In this document: positions 35,401 through 47,400 of the stretch, piece by piece
Numbering within the stretch: position 1 is the first letter of the stretch
How the letters are laid out: every line of letters starts with the position of its first letter
Source: Phoronis australis
Lineage: Eukaryota; Animalia; Phoronida
Assembly: GCA_002633005.1 (NCBI GenBank)
Contig: NMRA01000150.1
Location: 437,707-501,706 of the forward strand
DNA length: 64,000 bases
Direction of reading: 5' to 3'
Translations under genes and position numbers: made by a program
The notes under the pieces: generated by a model
What the model saw: the letters and a program-made list of their open reading frames with translations, nothing else
Database searches by the model: none
What the model was told of the DNA's origin: nothing

Positions 35401-38400
35401 TGTGTAGAAGTAGAAAGGACCAATGAAGAAATTAAGCGCTTTTTTAAATGATAGTTTTAAGTGTAGAATGCATTTTTGACGAGGTGAAAACCCAAAACGG
35501 GTCACCGCTCTTTTTACAAATACGTGTAACGAAATGCGTACAGAAAGGGAATGAAAGTATTGTAGCCCCTAAAATGGCCAACCACGAGGAGCTACGTGTT
35601 GCCTAATTCCACTGCAGCCAACGTCTGTACAACAGCCTAACAATACTCACATGTTCTAGTTCCCAGCCAAATTCGTTAGTGTTGGAAGTCACGGTCCAGC
35701 CGCACGTGTCGCCACTGTCGAAGTCGCATGTTATCCCATTTACTTAACAATAAAGTCAATAGTTGTCAATAAGCACAGTTAAAACTGAGAAAAGGCAGCT
35801 ACCCTCAATTTGATGTAACGATTCATTCAGATTTCAACGAGGTCAATGCAAAATATTATTCAGGCTACATCGTTTTTTCGCGTAATCATTATCAACCCCA
35901 ATTATCAGCCGGGCACCTCCGGTATTTTCGTTGCTTCAACGCACGTGCGGGCTTCAGTCATACGGCAAATCGTGTTACTTTCAAATTGGAGAGTGATTGC
36001 TGGTATGACTGAAGCTTGAACATGCGCTGAAAACGTACACTTCGAAAGCGGAATTTAACGTTACGAAAACACCTGAGATGTTCTGGATGACTATTCGAGG
36101 TGAGTGAAATTATTTCATAACTTATAGTTTTCCAGGTAAAAAAGATACTCACTGTAACAGTTTAGGCCGTTGCCGTAATATCCAGGTTTACAGAGACATG
36201 TATAAGTACCTATGCTGTTAATGCACTCGGCATTGGAGTGGCATGTGTGCGCTCGATTGCATTCATTCATGTCTGGAAAAACAATTTCGCTCCGTTTGGG
36301 TTTCAATTTGCACTAAAGGGCCATAACTGCAGCTGTAACTAAATGAGCCATTATAATACATCGCGCAGGGCAGAGGTTGTCAACATCGAATAGTTATGAC
36401 ACCGTTGCCTAGTTAATCCCTGTTTGGCACCTTTCTCGAGCACGTGCCGGGTCAAAGTTTAACCTCTAGCTATAACGCACTAAGGCGCAAATCAGGATAA
36501 GACCGAAGATTGACAATCCAAAAATCCTCAAAAGTTGAAATGGCATCTCGTCGATGTCAATGTTGAATTCTTACCCATGCGCTTCCGAATGAGCTGGCAA
36601 ATCAAGTCAGAGGCATTGCACACATGCGCGATTTTTGTTTTGCAATGTTAGGGATGAAAAGCCTAAAAAGTTTGAAGTATTTTCTTGAGTGGCTCATGGT
36701 TTTGAGGTTCTTGGTGGTATATGGAATTGAATCCCATCATTGTAAGGAATGTTGTAACACCGATTTTATGAGAGTTAAAAACCTGAATCGTTTTAGGTTG
36801 GTTTAGCCAACGAAAAGGCACCCAAGGACGTCTTACCCTGAAATTTACTTTTAACAACGATATTGCACCCCACAAGCAATCTGACCCGTAACAAAAGATG
36901 GTCCTCCAAGCAGCCGCATTAATTTACTTTATAAATATTTTTTCGGCGAAGAAAAAATCATGGGAACGGGAGACTAGGTACGTGGCAGCTCACCGATGCA
37001 TTCGCGGTCGCTTTCTTCAAATCCTGCCTTACAGACGCAGCCATAGCTCCCCATGGTGTTCACACAGTCGGCATTTTGGTTACACTGATATGTTCCAGTA
37101 GCACATTCATCGACATCTATCAATGAAAAGCATGAAATAATCAAATTTTGTTTTACGCACCAGTTTGCTGGTTAACTTTTTTGTAATTAAGGAACTATCA
37201 CAGCGTCAGCTCAATTTTGAGGTCGTTAGAGGTAAGCGAGAGATGAACGTCGTCTGAAATGTATGGAAAAGAGAATAGAGAGAACAGAAGCAATGAAATG
37301 TGTCGCCCCCTAGCGGCGAGTGAATTTTTTCCTAAGTTAAGACCGCGTTACAAATCTGGCGATATTCCACGAGATATCGTCGTGTATTTTTGATGAGAGC
37401 ACATGATTTTCGCTACTCCTTTTCTCGGCGCGAGACAGCTATTGAACTGTACCTAGATCAAAACGTGTAATTTAGTGTCTTATGATTCACGGTGCATGAC
37501 CCCCCACATTCTTCCAAATATGGTGCAAGAGCCACTGTGTCACAAACACAGTATTGAATTTGCTGTTTCAGCTTACCTTGACAAACACCGTCTTTATTTT
37601 TGTAGCCAGCATCACACCTGCATGTATAGCCGCCTTCCAGATTCATGCAACTACCATTCGTCCCACAGGGGTCAGGTGAGGTAGCGCACTCGTTCACGTC
37701 TGATAATTAAAAGAGTTTTACATGTCATCCACGGCGACTTTAAGTGTGGACGAGGTGAGACATTATGGACAAATAAACAAGTAAAAAGCGTTCTTTACAA
37801 AAAGTGTGGTTTGTTCATGCCTTTCATCTTTTATCGTTCCAATGCAACCAATCAAAAAGTCATATTTAACCCAATTAACATTTTTGCGACCTGAGTTTAA
37901 AATTAGGTGGCCATTTAGGAATACCTTATGTTCGCAAATTATCTTAAAATTTCGCAGAAGGAGCTACAACCATTCCCAGAAAGCTTCCTCGATGTTAAAA
38001 CAATCACCAAAGACTGGATACAGTGTGCAACTTTCCCAAGTTGTTCTCAGGTTCGCATCTTTTCACTTATGTCCTTGACCGTTATTTGTGACCAAGAAAA
38101 ACCGGCTGTACTAGATGTCTTTGTCACACTAAAAATTACTTAAAAAAGCTTTGACGCAAATGTTTAACAGAATTTTCTAAAAAAATTATCTGTCGTGCTT
38201 CAATCTTAATGATGGCTTATTGAGCAATGTTATGTCCAAAATCGCCCCACTTAGTCATAGCTGATCACTTGATGCAATGTTCTTTGTCTGAAGCCGCGTC
38301 ACGTAATCCAGTGGGTGGAGCGATAATCAGTTCACTGAGAGACTCATCAGTTTTGCTGGTGGAAGATGGAATAACTTGCAGTAGTGCAACTTATCCCACC

Positions 38401-41400
38401 ATAAAGCGGAGCGTTCGCGCACGCACGCACGCACACACACACACACACACGCACACACGCAAAGTTGTCACAAGTGCAGTAAGTTGCGCTAGTTTAAATA
38501 GCGTCCAAACAGCATTCAAACTTAGCGACAACTCGTACCAGAAGTGTCAGCTGTTCTACGGTAAGTCTGCGTGTAGACGACACCTTAGTTAACGCAAGAG
38601 TGTTTGCAGATGACGGGCCAATTAGATACTGGTAACGTGATCTGTCGTAAACACATGTAGTGGTAGTAGTTACGGAAAATGAATGTAGTGGTAGTAGTTT
38701 TGGAAATGATGGTGGCTGTGATTGATGAAGGTAGCGTAAATGATGGTAGCGGAGTGGTGATTGTGACGTCAGTGATGGCGGCGCCAATTATTACAATGCT
38801 CTTTTAGCGTCTGCGATAATGAGAGCGATAATGACGGCAATAATGACGGCGACAATGACGGCGATAGTCATAACAATAGCGGTGGCTATCCTGAGCTATT
38901 CTTACCGTCACATACAATTCCATCGCCAGCAAAACCACTTTTACATTCGCACTTGTAGCTTCCGTCTGTGTTGATACAATGAGCGTACTTGTGGCAATTG
39001 TGCCTACCCAGAATGCACTCGTTGACATCTAAATAAAGCAATATGTATCGTCTGCTAAATATTGCGTAACACCGAACAAATTCTTCGCCAAATGCATCAG
39101 ACATAATATAAGAAGGGGAGGATAAATAATTTCCAAGCGTTCAGACATGGAGCGTAGATTCGAACTCTAGGCTAATAAGAGTTCTATGATATGAGCAATA
39201 TCGATATAAACATTTGAATGTTTATAGCGAGATTGCTCATGCTATTGTGTTAAAACACAACACCGCTATTTAACTCTATGCCACTACGTATCTGTGCTGT
39301 GTCATTGATCAGGAATACATCATTTTCTGGTATTAGCCATAGACTCTTCCCTCTGACACAGCGCCACCTATACTGAATGTGACATTGTGGAAACATGATG
39401 AACGACACATGGAATTTCGTGTGTGTATGGGCATGTTTGGTCGGAAGTTTATCCATCACATCGCCACCTCTTGCATACGGTTTCTATGCACTGTAGTTCT
39501 TTGGATTTAGCCACGGGATCGAGGTTGTCTTGATTTTGTTTACTTCGACAACTGTCCGGTTTAATAAATTGCAACTATTCAAGTTGATGTGATCGCCATA
39601 CTACGTAACAGTAAGCTGAAAGATTTCAGCCAACGAGAATGCCTGAATGTTATGACTTCGTTTCATTACTCTAGCCAATGAGAAGCCATTATAAACAACT
39701 CCACACAGTGCTACCTGATCGTAGCACTGTGAAAAAGTGTAATAGAACTCTAGCCCTGAAATGCCAACTCCCGCACGTGACCAAAAGGCTTGTAACCGCG
39801 AGACTAGCTGCGAGAGTTAGCACTGACGGCTGCCTAGTCGACTTAGTCTTGATCGCAAGTTTTAGTTATCAAATCAAGCCTAATTTCATTGCTTCGTTTT
39901 CATTTTATTATAGTTCAAGACTCCTGAGGTACCTTATAATCGACGATTTCTGGGCAAAATTAGTCAGCTAACCCGACCATTACAGTTTTCATTCTTCAAG
40001 CATCGACTCCTGTGGCCCTGGGTGGATGGCGGGAGTAGTTTGGCCTTCTGCTATCCACTTACTACGTAAGCCGACACCATGCAGCCGAATAAAGCAATGT
40101 TTTTCGTGAAAATATTCTGAAATCTTTTCAGCTCCAGTCGTAGAACCACTTTCATATTACGAGCCAGTTTTTCAAAAATACATTTTTGGGTGTTAAAATT
40201 ACCTTACATTATTTTAGGGGAAGAAGTTACTAAGTTTGTGCGTGTGTGTGTGTGCGTGTGTATTATTACTGTTTTCAATTATTTCTATAATAGTTCATTT
40301 GTGCTAAGTTTACCTGTTGCACAGATCCCGTTTTTTTGTCAATACGATTTCTGAGAAGTACACACATCCGTGAAATAACAAAATAAAATTTAAAAGAATG
40401 AAGAGTTTACATTGTAAAACAACCCAACCCAGTACTTTGTATTGCTGACAGCGTACGGTGTATTTGCCAATTGCCCCGCTCTTGGCGGACAGTCCCACCT
40501 TTTTGGAGTTTTCCACCATCCCGCCACACCATCTCAATGTTTATCACCTACTATTGTAATTTCCCACGCGACATGGCCATATTTTCCCGCTCGACTAAAA
40601 AAGAAATGAACGGTTTCTGCGGCACCCGCAATTGACCTATGCCAGGATTGTGGCTTAACTGGCCAATCAGAACGCAGTATTCTTGTCACACCTTTTCTCT
40701 GCGTTTCCAAAGTGCCATTTTACCCGACAAACGACATGTTGTCGGGTAAAGCTTATTTTTTGTCGATAACTCAAGAAATTGTGAGATAAGAATGATGAAA
40801 CGGTGTTACTATGGCGTGGGTAACTCTGACAGCCGTCATGCAGCTAGAGAAGAATTTCCAGTCACTTTTTGGGCATTCCCTAAGGTGAAAAGTGATGTCG
40901 ACTGTGGAAACTATGGATCAAACTGTGTGGAAGGCCACACGAGCAACTGAACTTAGCAATGTTGCTTGATTACTTGAAGGTTAAACACAATTTGTTCCAA
41001 GATACGCACTTTTCAGCTTAGTGGCTATTGTGTAGGCCTGTCAGATTTTGACTCCAGAGCTTCACTCGCCTGGCCGCCTTTTGTATCGGCACCTGCTGGA
41101 TCCTAGCACTAGCCCCAGCGGTAGTCTCCGGAAATTGCTGTCTTCATGGAATTTTTATTATTTTTCATTTATTTTGTCCGACTGGACATCGTTTTTTTCC
41201 GTAGCAAAGGTGAGGGACATTTTTTGTAATTCATATACCCGAAGTCTGGCGTTCAACTGAACTTCTCTCCAAAACCGACAAAGATTCGATCTGCACAGGA
41301 GGCCACTGGATTGCTGAATGCAAAGAATTGTTTGAGCTGTTTTCATGAAAAAATAAGCAGTTAACTTACTTTATGTTGAAAAATCTAGTTTACACTTCGC

Positions 41401-44400
41401 GTGCAGAGTTAAAGCGACCTATTTTGTAGTTGTTTCTTCAAACATGATGCTTGGATTTATGAAACTTTAAAAAAAGAATTTGAGTTAGTTTTGTAAATAG
41501 CCATTTTTGCTACTACACCAGAATTGTCATATTTTATAACCACATCTAAGTGATCATGCTTCGATTCTTAATGCTTTCAAACTTAATTTGAAAATTGCAA
41601 CATTGTAACAACAGTATATATTGCGTCCTGAGTTGAAAGAGCCACCAGCATTGTGAAATCTTCGGGTGTCTCTCTATAACTATCACCTATCAACCAATCA
41701 CATGTGTCTCGTTCATTAAAATGGGCGTCATTAGTAATTATTTGAAATTTCCCTTACAATGTCGGTGTCCAAACTGCAGAAGTTCTGATTGACAGTGGAC
41801 GTCTAACTCATACATTGGAGCGTCGTTGCCAGGGAGACCAGAGTTCTACAAGGGTGTCTACTGAATGACAAGCTTCGACAGCAATCTATACTGGATCAGT
41901 CAATCGCACAAGTGTCATGGCCGACCTCCTTTAGTGGAGAACGTACTAGATACCATGTGTGCAGATAAACGAGAGTAGCTTCGCGTGAGAAATCTTCGAA
42001 CGGGCAATTGTGTTTTAACCCTTAATCTAGAAAATTGTCCCTGTCTGACTATGGTTAACACAAAATGCCGAAAATTTGAAGATGGAAACCAGAGTCGAAT
42101 GCCCTGGAAGAGTTGACCCAATACTATACAGATAGCTCTTTCAAAAGTGTAGGGCTACCTGGCGTGCGTTCAGTAGACGCTAGGACCTACGCTAGGACCT
42201 AGCCAAAAGCTAGTCAAGGTCACGTGCTCTTATTTTATATACACTGCAATATCTCGCGTAATCTCGCTAAGTCTCTCTTTTAAGCTAGGTCCTAGCGTTA
42301 CTGAACGGGAGGACTGGTCATTTTTCTTCACAAACCATGCGCGCATCCGGAGGGGAGCGCCCCCACTCCATTTGGCGAAGTGGGCAAAAAGGTCCACCTC
42401 AGAGAAACAAAAAGTCCGAGAAAACGAGGCAAAAGTCCAGTAAGAAGGCTGGAATTCGGCGCGAATGCACGATTCATAGCTTTGTTTGTAGTACCCCTTT
42501 TCATTTTGTAGTCCCCGTTTTTTAGTCCCCGTTGTTTTTAGTAAAAGGCCCACATTCTCAAAAATTCGAGCCCCCTATACTATATTTCAGGCTAGGTGCG
42601 CGCATGCAAACACTAACAGTTATGTTGTCATTGCTGCGTGCAGTGTGTAAATTCCGTTTTTTGAAGATTTATGGAAAGCGATTCATTGATCAAGTGTTGC
42701 ATGCATTCTGATTACAATGCAAATCTTGTTTTATAGTTTAAATTTCCAGATTTCTGACATTTTTTAAAATTATTTGAAAACAGTTTCCTTACCTAAGACA
42801 AATTTATAGACGTGCTCCTTGCTTTGTGCTCTGACAGAAAGGTAGTCTCTGTTTCCCAGCGTGTTAGTGAATTTCAGATACGCTTTACACCCCATGCGTC
42901 CAAAGAATTTGTCTTGCGCTTTGATGTTGGCCGTAAAATTGAAAAGTTTCACCAACGTCGCGTTTTGAAGTGGTTCAACTGCGTCTGACTGGAATATCAC
43001 CTCTTTATTGCTGTGTGCCTTCTTACTCGTTATGTACGTCGTACGACTGTAAAATATGGATTAGACGAGTTCAAGTGCGTACTTTTAGTGAAGAACATGA
43101 ACATGGTGAGTTTTTATTTTGATACTTTGCTGGAAGAATATCTCAAGGAAAACAGCCCTGTTGCGTTCTTATCTATGAGAGACATATGCTAGTACTTATC
43201 GAACTGGTTACTCAATTTTTCGACAGCCTATTTGAATATTTTACAGATTTGGTCCGAAGGACAAACATTCCGAAGGCTTCCGTGTTCAGCTTATAATTCA
43301 GGCGAACTCTATGTCCAAAAAGTACCAATTTGCATGAATACCCATATCTGCGAAAACCCTTTGCGGATTTTTTCTGTAGTGTGAAGACTTATATGTTCCG
43401 TCCACTCAAAAGTCCGACCGTTGAATATTTATCCAACTATTTATTTTATCTTCTCGGTAACCACTTCAGTCAATCCGCCGATTTCGAAGTGGGCACAATC
43501 GGAAATTTTTGCATCATTTAAAAAATAAAAAACAGATATCTACAATTAAATTGTTTGTAGTGTTCAAGTAAATTAAATGCACAAATACTAACATAAACAA
43601 ATAAAAATGCTGGTGTTGAAGGGTGTTAAACCACACACAAAGCGAGCGAGGAAGTCACAACAAACTGAGGATTACAGCCTTGAACGGCCTACCAACACCA
43701 TGTATTTCTTCTTAAAGACGAGGAAATTGGACCATAGATGGTGACAGTCCCCAGCCCGTTGTAAGCGTGTACCTCTGTAGGCAAGTATTCTTTTGTTGCG
43801 GTTGGTCGTTGATCTTCCATATCCCATGCAGTCTGTAACACACGCTCCTCTACTGTAATTGGGGAATTTCCAACTGCTATTTTTAGGTTGGTCAACCTTA
43901 AATTTGCGTATTCGAAAGTGACGCTCGTTGGCATTTACGACTCATTTACCAAAATTTGGTCGTTAGAGCTCTTTGGTTTACACTTTAACATTAGCCTCTT
44001 TTTCGTATATGTTCTCCGGCCCTGGTTTTGAAGATGTTCTGGTAGGTATGTTACACAGTTGTCCTATATGACGTCACGACAGCCAAAATGATGTAAGACT
44101 AGTATACAGGGTCAGGTGAATAACCAAATCTACGTATTTCCTGACTGTAAAAATTAGAAAACGCTGAGAAACCTTTCTACACACGCATGCGACAAGCTCC
44201 ATCCCGGCATATCAGTCATCGCATGCTATTTGTATTTATGTCAGGCGGTTGCAGTTTAGAATAGTTGACAATGCTTTTACAGACGACGCAGTCAGTCTCT
44301 GTTTGGTTTCAATCGTCATGCCTATTCTTTTCTTCGATTAGGGTGTCGTTGATATGTTTGATAGTTTTAGCAGCAGAGAAGCACGGTTGTGTCAACTGCA

Positions 44401-47400
44401 TACATGCTAACTTTACGCGGTTTTACTGATCTGTTAAAGAGGCCCGTAACGCAATGAACAGACTAAATTGCAATATTGAGAGTGGTTCTCTACCACACTG
44501 AAACAGAACTCAACCTGTTTACTAGGTATTTTTAGGATTTGTTCGTAAAGATTTTTAATTTCTGTTAATAGTAAAGCATTTTCTTTTAGTTTCAAAAATC
44601 AAAAACAAGATCTGTCAACTGCTCGCCACTTTGTCAATTTTTCTCCCACAATGCAAAGCACATCTCCTTAGCTGGAATAGCAAGACATAGACGTAGCACA
44701 TTTCCCTTATATAGAAAATGTGACCTTTGACCTTAAGTGACTTTAAACAACTGACTGTGAGCGCATGAAAGCATTTATCATAAGTGGGAGGCAGGTAAGA
44801 AACTCTGTGGTAACCACAGGGTTTTTCCTTCGCGCGTATTTCAACAATCGTGAAATTTGTGAATTTTTTGGAAATTTCCTCACAGAGGAAAGTAATTACC
44901 CTGTACTAAACGTTGCGAGATGATACTTTCTACAGGAATTGTTTATAAGATATTTTTGACGAGCGTTCGCGTTCCATGCCTATATTAGCATCGTTTACAT
45001 ACATGTAAAGCAGGTCCAACATTTACGCTTTGACACAGCGCCACCTATACGGAATTCCTTGCCTGGGCATCAATGCGCATGCCTTGGTCAGAAGTATACC
45101 GATCGCATCGCTACCATGCACTTGCACACGCTTTTATGCACTGGTGGGGCTTAAATCACCGGATCGGGGTTCCTTGATTTTGTTAACTTCGACCAGTGCC
45201 CATTTTGATAAAATGCAACTATTCAAGTCGCCATACTCGGTCGCTGTAAACTGAAAGGGGTTTCCCAGATTTCAACCAATGGGAACGACTGGATGTTATG
45301 ACGTCGGTTTTATTACTTAAACCAATAAAAAGCCATGTTAAACATGCGACAGTACCACTGTGAACTCTTGGTGGATACCACTCTTCACATGAAGTGACAG
45401 TGCTGTCACCCGCTCACGTCCGTGGCTCACCAACGACTACGTAAATCATCAGCAAACCACTTCAAGTTCGATCTCACACAGGCTATGGTGAGAGAGTAAT
45501 CTGATATGGTCAACCGTATCGATTCAAAGTTTTTTGAGGTCGACAAAAATACCCATGTTGTAAATAGTCCACGAATATCTCAAGAAAAGTTCAAGTCATC
45601 ACAGATTGTGCGGGGAGACATCCCGACTGCGAGGCAACCTCCCGACTGTGCGGGGCGACATCCCGACTGTTCGTCACTTGGTATGCGTAATGTTGAGGAT
45701 GTGCATTCATTTTTAAAATTTTTAAAACAACGTGGACGATAATTAGTTACGCGATATTTACCGCCCTCCTTGCGAAAAAGGCGCCATTTTATCCTCTTCC
45801 ATGCGACTGATATTAACTGTATCTAGTGATTTGTTCAAAGTAAATGTCAGCGATTTACTGTCAGCGATTCCGCAGACTTCTGAGTTCACTAGGAGGTACC
45901 TCGTCGGTACAATTAATCTGAGTTAAAGTGATTTGAACGACGCGTATCGGGAAAATTTTGGGCTTGTTTCGAATGCATATAAAAGTAGAGTAGGAAATCA
46001 CAAAAATATCTAGAAGTTTTATTTTGAGTACAAAGACTAGAGATCGAACCTGGGTGGATGTAAAAGTCACCGATCCCACGTGATCAATTGAACTGCTTGC
46101 TGAACGTCTCCCACTGGGTTTATGGATAAGTTTCAGGCAACTGATTGGAGATACTGGAACTCTTCGATCAAACGGTATTTCGATATAATGGGTTGTCAGG
46201 CAGGGGCGAGCTTTGGGTCATTGGGCTGTCAGGGATGTCCTATGCACGTGAGTCGCTGAAAAGTCTGCCTAGTGTTACTCGATTCAACGATACGTAATAC
46301 GTAACGTATCCATTATCTGTCATATTGGATAATTCCTGAGAGGCAATAAAACACTTAGAGAACGTTTAGAAAACTAGCTTGCCGCCAGATATACTTCATT
46401 GAAAGTTAAATCAGTTTTTGGCAATAGTAAGATTAAGAAACGGACGATCGGCGCCCAAATAAAAAAGTTCGTGTTCAAGGAACACCTCAGAGAATAGCAA
46501 CATATACAGGCATTGTGTTAGCAACAATCACCAAGCCAATTCAGTTAGTATTATCTGCAGACAACCTAATAAGGAATTACTGTACATTAAAGAGTCATTG
46601 GCCATTCCGCCGAACCAGCGTGCTACTGATTCTCTGCATAACATGCTGAGATCAGTGACCCCGTAACTATGGTGATGACCAGCTACTCACTATTCCCTGT
46701 ATCTCTCACTTCATTTTATGGATGTTACCCGAGCTGTATGTTAGCACTTGTCGTCCTTTGTAAATAATTATTGTGGTGATGTCTGATGAATAGACGAAAC
46801 GTTGACTGAACATGAACTTGTTTATTTGTGCGGCGATCGTCCGTTTTTTAAACTTCATTGAAAGGTCATTTGATTATGCTCGTACCTGCAAGTAACCGAA
46901 AGCTGCGACTGAGTTGATAAGGTATTGGTGACATGAATGGTTAACGACGCCTTGACGACCGTGTTGCAACCCTTATACACTTGTACTCTTCCAACATTGT
47001 CTCCATCGAACTTAGCCACAACAGATATGATCGGCTTCTGTTCTTCTGCAGACGCCATGAGAAAAGACTGGAAACAAAAAGCAATGAATTCACTACAATC
47101 CGTTAAGTTTCACTTAATGATACCCGAGTGGTTCTTGGGTTTTTCATTTTATTGCCTGCCTGAAGATAAGACATGGCCTGTCTCGAATTCTAGCCGTTAC
47201 AGGTATTTAATATAACAATTCTTATGATTCCTCTTAGCGATCTTCTCTATAGTTGTCCTGCAGATGATGGACAAATATACAAAGAGTTTGAGCGAGCACG
47301 AATGAAAATTGAAATGGAGTGGATGTATGAACATTGTACTGGAATGGATGTATGAACATTGTAATGGAGTGGATGTATGAACATTGTAATGGAGTGGATG

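Noticed and set aside
43689-43934. Listed ORF frame ([15 protein letters not shown]...) as the coding frame or as dual coding
   Set aside because: Only the alternative frame (SRGACVTDC...) fits the phase-2 entry and phase-0 exit of neighbouring exons. A second open frame over 160 nt can occur by chance.
45861-46260. Candidate additional exon of the EGF-MAM gene
   Set aside because: Weak splice sites, no recognisable motif, and the model closes in frame without it.
46775-46810. Hammerhead ribozyme-like CTGATGA...GAAAC (also ~29235-29285)
   Set aside because: Stems I and III and the cleavage triplet cannot be built convincingly; at most a decayed Penelope terminal remnant.
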